A stretch of 63,701 bases of DNA, the filler included, from Octopus bimaculoides (Eukaryota): NCBI RefSeq assembly GCF_001194135.2. It is 5 parts of 4 records of this genome, joined end to end, with 100 filler letters (N's around TTAATTAATTAA, not from the genome) between each part and the next. Parts side by side here need not be neighbours in the genome. Positions count along the whole stretch, not along the records: positions 1 to 24,504 come from NC_068983.1; 4 more parts are not named here. One strand, written 5' to 3'. The notes under the pieces are model-generated. The model was not told the origin of the DNA, did no database searches, and was given only the letters and a program-made list of their open reading frames with translations. The position numbers and the translations under genes were made by a program. This document shows, piece by piece, positions 1 to 12,568 of the stretch; the first letter of the stretch is position 1, and every line of letters starts with the position of its first letter.

Positions 1-1831
1 GTGTGTGTATATATATACATCTAATGTATTAAAGTTGTATGTTCATGAGTAAATAATCGGTTGGTTCAAGTAGAATAGATATTAAAAGATTCAAAGACTT
101 GTAGTTTCGAACTTAAAAGTTTTATTTAAATATTGTCTGCAACTTATGTGTAGAAAGTTATTCGATTATCACTGCTTCGTCTATATTGTAATGATCTAAG
201 TAATATTTAGTTCTCATGGATTTTCTAATATCAAAGCATTGCATTATCTATTAAATTACCGAACATTTGCTACATTCCGTGTTCATTTAAATATAAAAAC
301 GTTTATTCATACACGCTTACATTCTTATACACAGAAAGAAGTAGAGACGCATATATTTTCGAGGTAAATGTACAGTATGTGTAGAAGTTTTTGTATGTAT
401 CCGTGTATTTAGTTATGAATAGAAACTGGCTGTCATGTAATTAACTTACAAACGCATCCATTGTGATTGAATAAACATGAAGTAAAAATTTGATTTTATA
501 CTTTAGGCAATATTGGTGTATAGGAGTAAGTGTGTAACCATGCACTGTACATACATGCATATGACCATACATTCATGCCATCACAAATACACACATAGAC
601 ACAGATATTCTATATATTTGGTATATGTATATGTATACTATGTATATTACGATATGTTTGTGTGTACCTGTATGTATATGAAATGTTTATACACATATAC
701 ACATGTTTGTACTATGCATATATGCACATATATGTATCCATATGTGTGTATATACACGCACATTACGACACATACACGCTCAAACACACAAAAAAGATGG
801 GTATATGTACACTTGTGTATGTATATAAGTGTATATTTAAACCACAAGTTTTCCAATCATATACACACGCCCAGCCACACGCAGGCTCACATNNNNNNNN
901 NNNNNNNNNNNNNNNNNNNNNNNNNNNNNNNNNNNNNNNNNNNNNNNNNNNNNNNNNNNNNNNNNNNNNNNNNNNNNNNNNNNNNNNNNNNNNNNNNNNN
1001 NNNNNNNNNNNNNNNNNNNNNNNNNNNNNNNNNNNNNNNNNNNNNNNNNNNNNNNNNNNNNNNNNNNNNNNNNNNNNNNNNNNNNNNNNNNNNNNNNNNN
1101 NNNNNNNNNNNNNNNNNNNNNNNNNNNNNNNNNNNNNNNNNNNNNNNNNNNNNNNNNNNNNNNNNNNNNNNNNNNNNNNNNNNNNNNNNTCTATCTATCT
1201 ATCTATCTATCTATTTATCTATCAATCTAGATATATTTATATATGTGTATATGTATATATATGTATGTGTATATATATATATTAATATAGATATATGTAT
1301 ATACACATGCACACACACACACACATTTAGAAATATATATACACGTACATATATATATAAATGCATATCATATACGTATATGCATATAAATACATACATA
1401 AATATAAATGTATACACCTATATACATTCATTTATATATATATGCACACACTTAAACACATATATTCATACACACACCACACACACAAACACACATACGC
1501 ATTTATACTCACTCAGACACACATAACACAAGCATATATATATGAATGTATATATTGATGTATGTATACTATCAATATCCTTAAGAAATTCAATAAAGTT
1601 AGCGGATGAGATTTGGATGATGCCATATTAATATTGTTTACCTTCCCTGCACTTTATGTGCGCAAGTAATCTTAGTAATTCTGAAACGAACATATTTATA
1701 TTTATTTATATTATTCTATACATTTATTCTGATCATATATATATTTGAATAAAACTAAAAATCAGATCTCTACGAATATTTTATACGATATAGACAGTTC
1801 GTATGTTTGTATATGTTGTTTGTACACTCAC

Positions 1832-1969
1832 TGGATGCAAATGTCGCCCACGTGCCAGCATTTGAAGTAATTGAAATATGATGTAATTCCAATGTAGTGT
1901 TGCACCTGGTTGATACATGTGTCTGCGTTACTGGAATTTGAACCCATCAACATTTTTAAAGAACTAAAT
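1832..1969 (-). CDS. Candidate minus-strand exon (138 nt, phase 2-2): FSSLKMLMGSNSSNADTCINQVQHYIGITSYFNYFKCWHVGDICI
   Basis: Acceptor gaattcag, donor CCA|GTGAGT, symmetric open frame. Confidence 0.25.
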
Positions 1970-3258
1970 CTGAATTCTTTCAATAAAGCATCGATATTTA
2001 TTCATAAACATGTTTGTAGAAAGGTATCGTAGGATATTTTGGCTGGTATCCTGTTACAAACTTAAACATTTCCTTCTGAGTGTTGAGAAATATTTTCGTA
2101 TTACTGTCACACAGATAAAGTTGTCGAGGCATGCAAGGCAGGAGACAACTCATGTGCAATCACAAACCCACTACATCAGTTAATAGATTTCTACTTTTGT
2201 ATATATATTGATAGTTGACCTACTCTGTTAAACTACAATAAGTAAGGATATAATCTATGCAGAGACTAATGTAATATAAAAATTTAGTGAAGGTACTATA
2301 CACATTTTGATAAAAAAAACTATAACGATATAGAAAAAGAGTATTAGAAAATTTATCATTTGGGACGCAAATAGCAAAAATTATAACGTTACAATTATTT
2401 AATTTACATGCACATATCCATAGATATATAGATGTTGACATGAAGTATACCTCTTGCTGTACTTCATATCTCATTGAATGGGTGACCCATTCGCTGGCCA
2501 GGTGCGTGAGATGGTTACTAAATACATAAAGAATATGAATGGTAATATTGCGTCTCAAACTTTACCTCTTCATAGAATACGTCAAATCTGCCGTACCAGT
2601 ATATTTACATCACATACTCGATATCACTATCATCAACAATGAGTTATTTTTCTCTGGAGTATGCCATTATTGCAAAATCTTTTGTAATGCTATCAGCATT
2701 TATGCTTCTCTAGACAGTCATACAAGAGGCACGATACAAAATACGCAAACTTTTAGGAATAAGAAATGCGGGTGGAATATTCCACTATAAGACAATATCA
2801 CTACGCAAACACAGTATACCTTATAAAGTATATGGTCAGCATACAAATAACAAACGCGCATTGTTTTAGAGAGCAGTTGTCTAGTCCATGCGTTAATTTA
2901 TACTAAACTGTAAGTCAACATTTATATTGAAATATTGAAGACCTTACAGTTCTTATGTCCGGTCTATAGGATTTTCTCTGTACACTGGGTTATATAACAA
3001 CAAATTTACATAACAGCTTGCAGTATTCCCCCCCTGAAAAAAAAACAGAAAAAAATTACCAGTATAATCCAAATCCTTTTGATTAATAGTTCTGTGAAGA
3101 TAAAACAATCTAGATATTTCAAATGTGAGTCTTGGAATGAAGATTAGTACACGTATGACATCCATACGGCTAAATATCGTTGGTTCGTTACCTGGACTGT
3201 TACAGAGCGTTGCGTCCTTCAGAAAAGGAATCGATTCACATTGGTCTTATCTACTCAC

Positions 3259-3362
3259 CTGAAATGCGTAGCAGCCAAATATTTGTCAAAGCCTTTCTCT
3301 CTATTCCGTTGCCATGACATAAATACTCTGCTTGGGCGAAACCGAGAGGGATGAAAGGCTTC
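3259..3362 (-). CDS. Candidate minus-strand exon (104 nt): EAFHPSRFRPSRVFMSWQRNREKGFDKYLAATHF(R)
   Basis: Acceptor catttatag and donor CAG|GTGAGT; phase-compatible with the 1832-1969 exon. Product not recognised. Confidence 0.3.
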
Positions 3363-3425
3363 CTATAAATGCTTGCGAATACATACACACCAAAAGATAT
3401 TAACGCTTCAGAGCGACCAGTGTGC

Positions 3426-3460
<35 letters not shown>

Positions 3461-4502
3461 CGGGTATTTGTATATGTGTATGTGTGTACATGTATATATG
3501 CGTGTGTATGGGTGTGTCTGCATCTATCCATGCTTATACTTACATATATGCTAACGCGGTAGTGCTGACAGATAGGTAACAGGGATAAGCTAAATCTCTG
3601 GAGTGTTTTTATAAAAAGTTCAAAATATATACATCAGGCTCGCTGAATGTGATAGAAATATATGTTAGGTGAAATTATCTAGTTTGTGACAATTCATAAC
3701 ACATTCCTTGCTTTCTTTCTGATTTTCTATCTCTTGTTCTACCTGAAGAAGCCATGTGAAGGTGGCCTTATACATGCCTACATACATACATACATACATA
3801 CATACGAAAATCGAAGAGTAAGAGAAAATCTACAGACAAGTGCTTCTGAATTAGCAGTTTTTATATGCAGACTATATGAACATTTATAGCAATGATAATT
3901 TCCTAGTTATTCTGGTTTCTAAGTAAATGCCTACGTAGAAATCTGGACGGTCTCGTTTTTCAGAAAAAAGTAAGCAATCAGATACTTCGCACATAAAAAA
4001 AATACAGACCATTAGAAGAACCGAACAAATATAAGGCTTTTCTCAAATTAAAACAGGTGATTTTTTATTCATCAAAGTTAGGTCCTTGTATCTTTGTTGG
4101 AAACTAGCACCTTCCCTGCAGCAAGATTTTAAAGAATTGAAAATAAGAGAAATACTATTTACGTATTATCCATTTTTTTTTCATTTAAAGTGTCCTAGTA
4201 GTTGTAGATAATGCTATTTCGCCTTTCTTATGAGCACCTCAGTACAACATAACTTGGGTTCATTCATTAGTTTCTTTATATTCATTTGTGGGTTAAAGTT
4301 CTGATAGTGTAAATATAAGGACTTTAACCTACATGGATTTATGCAGGATTGCACAAATGGAATTATTTCTACAAGACCGGAAGGTTGAGCTGTGAACTGT
4401 TATGCTTCTGTTTGTCTTCTCTTTCTTCATCTCCATATTCCTTTACTCCTGTCCTCTATGTCATCATTTCATTAATCTATCCACTCCCCACTTTCCCTGT
4501 TT

Positions 4503-4558
4503 GTCTCCGATGACGGAATATCCCATAATCTGGGATATCCCTGAAACAGTAGTAAGAC
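4503..4558 (+). ncRNA. Minimal type-I hammerhead-ribozyme-like motif (CCGAUGA core variant), probably from a Penelope-like element
   Basis: gtct-CCGATGA-c-[stem II with atatccca/tgggatat]-GAAA-c agta g-TA-agac: stem I gtct/agac, GUA cleavage triplet at 4552-4554. Confidence 0.6.
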
Positions 4559-4666
4559 TTTGAATCTTTTTCCAATAATAATAATGTATATGGTTTTAGA
4601 TGTTTGCCTTGCTATGTACATATACTTATGTATATATACATGTGTGTACCTGCGTATATGAGTTCT

Positions 4667-4842
<176 letters not shown>

Positions 4843-4922
4843 CTCTGCCATACGTGTGTACATGCGGGTGTATCTAGTTGTATGTATATGCCCATATACT
4901 TGGATGTGCGTGTGTAAGCGCG

Positions 4923-4955
<33 letters not shown>

Positions 4956-5245
4956 TATGTGTGTATCTGTGTGTGTATGTGCGTCTAAGCCCAAACTCAA
5001 AAAGGATTCTCGTCTAAGTATTATCTTCCATTCAACTTCTACTTCCTTTTCTTTCTCTTAACAATTACAACAGATAAGTCTCATTACGTCATTTTCACTA
5101 AACTAGAATGCTTGCTTTTCACGTTCATATTTGAATTTTTGCGTTTCAATAATTTTTCTCTGTTTTTACTCATTCTCAAATTTTGATGGACTTATAGCGG
5201 TACGTAAGCCGACTCAAGAAACCTCTAGTGAGACTTTTCATAGAT

Positions 5246-5287
5246 GTACCCGAAGAAACGCAGAAAGGGTCGAAACATCTGTTGTAC
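5246..5287 (+). ncRNA. Degenerate hammerhead-like motif (CCGAAGA core) in a Penelope-like LTR fragment
   Basis: gtac-CCGAAGA-a acgc agaaa gggt c-GAAA-ca tc tg-TT-gtac: stems I and III pair; stem II has a mismatch. Confidence 0.45.
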
Positions 5288-5452
5288 TCAATAAAGTGTA
5301 TTACACATTCGATTTCCTATTTTATTAATACTGTTACCCCAAACGGTACTACAAAGTTCTTGCAATAAATTTATGGATAACAACAGGTAATCGAAACTGA
5401 CTGTCCCGGTGCTTTACTCATCATCTCTTTATGCATTTCGTACAAGTTCTCC

Positions 5453-5501
<49 letters not shown>

Positions 5502-5771
5502 GTAGGCGTAGAAGCGGATGTGTGGTAAGAGGCTTGCTCCCAATCACACAACTCCGGGTTCAGTCCCATTGTGTGCCGCCTTGGGCGACTGTCTTCTACT
5601 ACAGCCTCGGGCCGACCAGACCCTTCTGGGAGGAATTAGTAGATGGAAACTGGAGGAGGCCCATCGTATATATATTTGTGTGTGTGTGCGTGTGTGCGTG
5701 TGTGTTTGTGTTTGTATTCGTCCCACCACCATCACCACCACCACTGCTTGACATAAATCGACCGCTGGTGA
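5502..5771 (+). mobile_element. SINE family B (tRNA-derived head, internal (TG)n), 5' two thirds
   Basis: gtaggcgtag..gtgtggtaaga..gcttgct..caatcac..ccgggttcagtccca (A/B-box-like)...ccttgggc..tgtcttctactacagcctcgggccgacc... Confidence 0.8.
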
Positions 5772-5819
5772 TATGGCAGTAGATATCGGCTATTTACAGT
5801 TAATTGTTAAACAAAATCC

Positions 5820-6630
5820 TTGCCAGAAATAATTATTTCTAATTTCAGCATAAGCAACCAGAATGGTGGGGAGGGGGCAGTCGATTACATTGACATAGGT
5901 AGTTGGTTCGAAAGGTATTTGAACTCTGGAAGGAAACAGCCAAAAATAAATCTGCTAACAATTTATCCGATAATATTTTAAAGATTCTGTCAGTTTACTG
6001 CCTTTCTTTTCAGGAATAATATTTCAGCTACAGCCATGAGGGTTGGGAATTTCGGGGAAGGTACTAAGTCAATTACATCGACCTCAATGCTCAACTGACA
6101 CTTATATTATAGAGCCTGAAAGGATTACAATCAGTCAACATCGGCCGAATTTGAACTCAAAATGACAAGACGGACGGCTTGCCGCTAAATATTTGTGTCT
6201 CAAATTTTGGAACACGGTCAGCAATGTTAGGGAGCGTGTAGTCGATTACTGCGATTCCAGGGGTCAACTGGTATTTCATCTTATTGACTTCGAAAGTATG
6301 AAAGTCAAAATTGGCCACTGTGGTGTTTGAGCTGAAAACGTAAAGAGCGCGTCAGATTCCTCTTAGCAATTTGTACGACACGCCTAGGATTATGACTTCA
6401 CCGTCTTCCTTCTTAAGAATAATTACTTTACCCTAAAGGCACAAGCCCTGAAATTTTGGAGGATGGAGTTATTACATTGACCAAATAAACGACTGGTACC
6501 AGTTTTATTGTTTCTGATCGGGTGGAAGGTAAAGTCGGCATCGGTGAATTTAAATAAAAAAGGTAAAGATTAATAAAATACTACTAAGCGTATTTTCTGA
6601 CATTCTAAAGATTCTGCCAGTACGTAGCTT
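5820..6630 (-). mobile_element. Cluster of about 4 tandem degenerate SINE family A copies
   Basis: Repeated reverse-strand blocks gtcgattacatcgacc...actggtacttattttatcgacc...gaatttgaactc...ccgctaagcattt, matching the family A copy at 16.8 kb. Confidence 0.75.
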
Positions 6631-6759
6631 TATTAGTCGCACGTAGTAGTTGAAAATTAGTAGTCGCACATTTTAACTTTTAGGAATATATTTTTGTCGC
6701 TTTTGCAATTTGAAGTCGCTCATGTTCAAAACATAACTGTATAACGGCATTTTTTCCAG

Positions 6760-6843
6760 GCAGTGTCATCATTTTTGACGACGGTACCAAGTAACAAGCA
6801 GCAGGCCATTGTACCTACTATTTCTCAAAAACGAACCGCGTGA
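6760..6843 (+). CDS. Candidate terminal coding exon (paralog 1) of an unidentified gene: AVSSFLTTVPSNKQQAIVPTISQKRTA*
   Basis: Acceptor ttttttccag, open phase-0 frame to TGA, and homology to segments at 9.37 and 12.45 kb. No transcript evidence. Confidence 0.3.
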   Translation, partial: AVSSFLTTVPSNKQQAIVPTISQKRTA

Positions 6844-7389
6844 GAGAAACTCCCGTGCTGGATCGTGAAATATTTATTTTCAGTTAGAGTTACGTGAAAC
6901 GATATATTTAGCGTTAAATCGAATGGCAAAACGACCTCATTGAAACAAAATATTCAGAAGAATATTTTTTGCGTCGAAATATTCATCATATGTCACGAAG
7001 TCATTAAGTGAACTCATGAAACTTTAATTTTGACAAAATTGAAATGCGCTATAATTTTCTCTACTATTTTTGCTTTCTTGCTCTTTAAAAAAAAATGCGT
7101 TATACAATATTGAAAATGAGCAACTAAACGGTTCATATGTGTTCATACACACAAACAGGTACACGGGTACATACACGCACATATAAATCAATATACTTGC
7201 GTACGCATTAATACATGCTGGTGTGTGTATTCGTGAGCTTTGTCTTTGAGGTTTATGATGTAAAGTTTAAGATAGAAAAATTAGATTCGATATACGCAAT
7301 TCAACTACAGTGATCGCTCAATATTAGAGATGCATGGCTTGGTAGATAATATGTATGTTATTAAAATTATTTAGTTTTAGTTTCGAAAT

Positions 7390-7760
7390 GTTCGCATTTC
7401 TCAAGGAATCTTCCGAATAAGATCTTGCGTGCGTTGGATTCAAACAAAGAAAGCCGCTAGCACAGTCGTCTCTTCTTCAAATAGCCTCTTCTTCAACTAG
7501 TCTCTTCTTCAGCTATTTCCTTTCACAACAAGTACTTATTCTCACAAAACGTTTCGGTTTCTCTGTGTCACAAGTATTTGATGATCGTTTGATAGGCAAT
7601 AAAATCTAGCCATTTTTAATAGTTTTTTTTTTATTCTGCTCCGCCGTCTATGCTTCTCTTGTATTCGTCTCGAATATTTCAAAATTGATGGAAACCTTCA
7701 TTAACTACGTTCTGCATGGTATGTCACTCGGAATTTAGAAACAACGTTTGTGTTCATTTA
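7390..7760 (-). mobile_element. Possible Penelope-like 3' relic (GIY-YIG end + LTR)
   Basis: Minus strand FEIFETNTREA*TAEQ resembles a GIY-YIG C-terminus; downstream ccGAAACGTT resembles a hammerhead half. Confidence 0.3.
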
Positions 7761-8387
7761 TAAGAGTACACCCCCATACACACATACATATATTTATATA
7801 TNNNNNNNNNNNNNNNNNNNNNNNNNNNNNNNNNNNNNNNNNNNNNNNNNNNNNNNNNNNNNNNNNNNNNNNNNNNNNNNNNNNNNNNNNNNNNNNNNNN
7901 NNNNNNNNNNNNNNNNNNNNNNNNNNNNNNNNNNNNNNNNNNNNNNNNNNNNNNNNNNNNNNNNNNNNNNNNNNNNNNNNNNNNNNNNNNNNNNNNNNNN
8001 NNNNNNNNNNNNNNNNNNNNNNNNNNNNNNNNNNNNNNNNNNNNACTGAGATGCAACCAGATAAATTCAAATCTCTTTCACGGATATATAATTATGGACA
8101 GAAGTCATCGTACTGTGTTGGGTACATCGTGGTATGTTGATTCTTGTTTATTTTTATGTGTCTCGACCATACGTGTACTGATGAACAAAAGATGCAGGTT
8201 ACTTCACAGTTTTTCTGTATTGATTGAGAAACCAGTGGTTTACCGTTAAGTTAAATGTTTTTAAGAGATTAATTTTGAAAGCTGCATTTCCTCGCTTTCG
8301 GTAAATATGTTGCTTATTTTTTGGTAGTTTTTGACTTACTTAGTCCCTCTGAGCGTGAGGCATTACTACATAGTTAATGCCCTTTAT

Positions 8388-8429
<42 letters not shown>

Positions 8430-9370
8430 TGTATGTATGTATGTATGTATGTGTGTGTGAGTGCGTGTGTATACATATAAGAGAAATAAGGTGTGAGCTG
8501 AGAGAGTAGATGTTTATTCCATATATATTACTGAACAATACCTGTAACATTTAATTAACTTTGTCCTCTATTTCTAAGGTATTTTGAGGCCTATTTGCTT
8601 TTGATGTTACACACAAGTTGTCTCACTCTTTCTCCCTTTTCTCTCTCTCTCCCTCTCTCTCATATACACACATATGCACCCAACTTCTGCTCTCATACAC
8701 ACACAATCTCATATAATGTTCTCCTTAAAAATATGCTGATATGCACATTCACAAACTTAATCAGCTTTCAAACAATAATTCATTCTAACCTCTGCTCATC
8801 ATTATCGGAATCTCAGAGGTTTTGCTCACAGAATGTCACTCTATACGTTTACCTTTTTCTCTTGAAGGAGGTAGTGAAAGTTAACTTGCAATTTTAGCGC
8901 ATATCCTCACATACTATAACTATTTTAAATTATACATTTCTTCTGTTTTCCTTTTTCGTTTCGGCAGTAAAACCAAGAAACATCCAATACACGATAAAAA
9001 AAAAAAAAAAATTAAGTGAAGTGTAAAATCTGGTGAATGTGAAATATCAATTACAACAGATTGATTTATTTTCATCGCTGAAGATTTAATATTATTTAAT
9101 TAAAATTTATTGCTTTATTGCAACTATGCTAGTGTCCATATTAAGATTTAATAAAAATGTTAGCCCGTCACACATCTAGTGAATGATTACGGAAAATTTT
9201 TCGGTTTCTTCAAATCTGTAAATAGATGTATAGCATGAATGTTTATACATTTAATAGTTATACGAATTTCATTATCATATAAACGATATTGAAGATAAAC
9301 GTTAGCTGTTCATCTATCGTTTGATGTTTGTTCGTCGTGTATATATATTTCTCTAATTGCCTAACTCCAG

Positions 9371-9474
9371 GTCAAGACGGTTCCAGCGCCACACCTATAA
9401 ACAAACATTTAGCCATTCTGTCTACGAATCTATCTGAGTATCGGGAAATATATTTTCAGAGAAGTATTTTTTAA
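9371..9474 (+). CDS. Candidate terminal exon (paralog 2): phase 1 reads GQDGSSATPINKHLAILSTNLSEYREIYFQRSIF*
   Basis: Acceptor ctaactccag; NKHLAILSTNLSEYR aligns with NKQQAIVPT-ISQKR of paralog 1; an 11-nt indel versus paralog 1 means one copy is frameshifted or uses another phase. Confidence 0.25.
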
Positions 9475-11207
9475 TGACAGGTAGTATATAGGCTAGCACC
9501 AAGAAGTGTTTGTATAGGTCTACTGATCGTCAAAATGTTTGTTCTGCTATATCACAATTTACGCTGCAGGCAAATTAAAATATACACAATAGGTTGGTAA
9601 CCACTAACGAAAATATAACATTCATGCAAATTATCTCTAGATTCATGATTATTCATAAATATCATGGAACGTGAGTTACCTAGACATGCAATAAGTAACT
9701 CTCTATATATATCACGAAGCCATTAAGTAAACGCATGCAGTTTCAACATTTAATAAAATTGAAGATTTGAATTACATTTAAACTTACTTTCTTGGAATGA
9801 AAAATAATTATATCACTGTAAATGCATAAAGACGTTACACATACATATATACGTTTATATGTAAGTATACAGAGATATATGTGAGCGTGTTTGTAAATTT
9901 TGCGTATGGAAGCACATATTCACTCACATTTATAGTTTATATGCATTTATGATAACTTACCCCTCGTTAACGAGTATGGCCATTGTACGAGGCTTAACTC
10001 TTCATTTCATCATGTTTTTTCGTTCTTTCTCAATTATTTTCCTCCGAACTCAAGTGCGTATATATGAATTAAATATATGAATTAAAGACGTGTAATCCCT
10101 GCATCAACACGTTCACAAGAATATATGTCGGCACAAAGGCATTTTCATATACACTCGAGGATGTTGAAACAAACATCATGTTAAGAAAACAGATTGAAAG
10201 TGTTTTACTTTACTATTGCAATAAAGTTGCCTTGTAGGTAGAATAATCTTTGTAAAAATACTCGATATTTTCGAGTCTAGGCATATATTTATGTGCATTA
10301 CATTCGAGTATAGGCATATATTTATGTACATTGGGTTTCCATGCGCAAAGCAAAAATATCAATGTTAACATTGATATTTTTGCTGTGCGCATGGAAACTA
10401 ATGAAGTTACTATTAATTTCAATTATGTCAGTATAGTTTTAGAGCATAATCTGCAGGGAAGTTTCTGAGAAATATCTACTCCTTTTCAAACAGTAAGGAA
10501 ATGAATTTGACAATTGATTTCTGCACAGATTAAGATAATGTTTTGTACAGCATTTATAAAACGTTCATGTACGCTCAAACGTAGAGTGGCATATGCCATG
10601 GAAGAAAATACTGTGTGATGTAGAACCCGTTGTGAAATGCAGAATACTTTTTGTCGTAAAGTGTAACAGTTAGCTATACGTTTCACCTCTGATAATTTCA
10701 TATAATGCAAGGTGCACATGCACCCGCATACACTCTTACTCACAGAGGTACACACATGCACATACATGCTTAAACACACACACACATATATACACCAAGA
10801 TATAATGTGATGAAAACGAGAAGAGTTGAATAGTACATGTTGAAATTGAATACATACATGCATATAAACGCATACACAATTAGACTGGCACTCAGTACGA
10901 CACGCACACAGACACAGACACACTCACACTTACACATATACACGCACGCACAAACGCACGCACAAACGCACGCAAACACCCACTCACATCCCCGCACACA
11001 AACACACACGCGGGCACACGCACGCACGCACACACGCAAGCACATACACAAACATATTAGCGTTTTAAATATATTTGTTCAAGTGAAAACAACGCAAGTG
11101 ATAACAAAATACAGTTAAAGGTTAATACTTTATCCGGTTATTTGAATATTACAAGTTTAGGACCCCTACTTGAGAGATCTCACTTCTCAACAACTTTTCT
11201 TCGGAAA

Positions 11208-11245
11208 TTTCCTGAAGACGTGATCCAGACCGCGAAATATCGGCA
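11208..11245 (+). ncRNA. Degenerate hammerhead-like motif downstream of a possible Penelope ORF end
   Basis: CTGAAGA-c-gtg atccagac cgc-GAAA-ta-TC; palindromic ATAT stem III; stem I weak. Confidence 0.4.
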
Positions 11246-12457
11246 TAGTTAAGTAACACTAACCGTCGAAGCATTTTCATGTAACTTAAGTTATTTTGGC
11301 TTTATGAAAAATAATTAAAATGAAGACGCAGGGATGGGTGTGTAGTNNNNNNNNNNNNNNNNNNNNNNNNNNNNNNNNNNNNNNNNNNNNNNNNNNNNNN
11401 NNNNNNNNNNNNNNNNNNNNNNNNNNNNNNNNNNNNNNNNNNNNNNNNNNNNNNNNNNNNNNNNNNNNNNNNNNNNNNNNNNNNNNNNNNNNNNNNNNNN
11501 NNNNNNNNNNNNNNNNNNNNNNNNNNNNNNTATATACGACGGTGTTTGCCAGAAGGCACTGCTTAGAAACTGCTATTGACGTGTTTATGTATACGTAACT
11601 TAGCACTTCGACATAAAGATTCCATAGAATACTAGTCCTTCTATATATGTTTAATACTCAATATTTCATATATTCAATAAGACATTCAATACTTCATTTC
11701 ATTTTACTATTTATATTATATATTCCACATTCTATATCCCACATTAATTTTATAAGAATATAAATAAAACATAAAAAAACATATATATATAGGGATTAAT
11801 CTTTCTCTATTGTTATCATCATCGTCATCATTACCAACGTCATCTTCATGAACCACATTAAGTTTATCATGAACTCTACAACGTATTCCGACTTTAAAAA
11901 CTTAACAGTTTCTTTTTTGTTTTTTACTGAATGATTTTGAATGCATTATCTTGCAATTGTAATATATATTTGAATAGAATTAATTATTTAAGAAACATTT
12001 TACTGTTTTTCTCTTGTTGCTGTCGTTTACGCATTTTAAAACTAAGAAAAGGTGTAAGCCAAAACAGTTTAAGATGCAAAAATTGTCGTGTTTCACATTA
12101 ATCAATTAAAATTTCTTGTCTTATTAAGAAAATTATCCGAGTACCCTTACTTAATTTTCAAAATCTTTTAAAATTCTTCTGCATATATTTTGTGAAATCA
12201 TGTGCGTTACTTCTATTGCCTTATAACTATGAATAATATAATTGTTCGGCGTGAATGCTATGGAAATAATGAAAGCCAAAGTAATTTTAATGTGACTTCG
12301 TCAAACGGTACAGCAGCCTTCCATTCTTTTTTCCTCTTTGTAATTGTTATTGTGATTATTGCTATTGACATTGTTGACCCCAAACCGATCATCCTTTCAT
12401 TTATTACATCTGGGGATATACATACTTCTTTTTTAAATAAAAGACTGATTATGGTAG

Positions 12458-12568
12458 TGTCTGATGGACAAGAGTAAAAATGTGTACGATAATTCTACAG
12501 CTTCAGAGACTGTATCCAGGTTTCCGTGTTGGTTCATCCTTAATTTGGCTTTCTTTAGATGTACGTGA
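12458..12568 (+). CDS. Candidate terminal exon (paralog 3): CLMDKSKNVYDNSTASETVSRFPCWFILNLAFFRCT*
   Basis: Colinear with paralog 1 through about 300 nt downstream; acceptor weak. Confidence 0.2.
   Translation, partial: CLMDKSKNVYDNSTASETVSRFPCWFILNLAFFRCT

Noticed and set aside
3340-3362. Cytochrome P450 PERF-like motif (EAFHPSRF)
   Set aside because: No heme-binding FxxGxRxCxG in any compatible downstream exon.
6745-6940. SEA-domain-like words (FFPGSVII; FRVGSSLI at 12.52 kb) and an in-frame TGA read as selenocysteine
   Set aside because: Motifs are too short, lie in different frames and are broken by stops; no SECIS-like hairpin was seen.
9963-9974. 12-bp palindrome CTCGTTAACGAG beside a minus-strand donor (MAILVNEG|GTAAGT)
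   Set aside because: A single short palindrome and an 8-codon ORF are expected by chance in 64 kb.
12202-12477. GPI-anchor or transmembrane-like ORF (…SSNGTAAFHSFFLFVIVIVIIAI…)
   Set aside because: Hydrophobicity comes from TTG/ATT-rich low complexity; no splice or family support.
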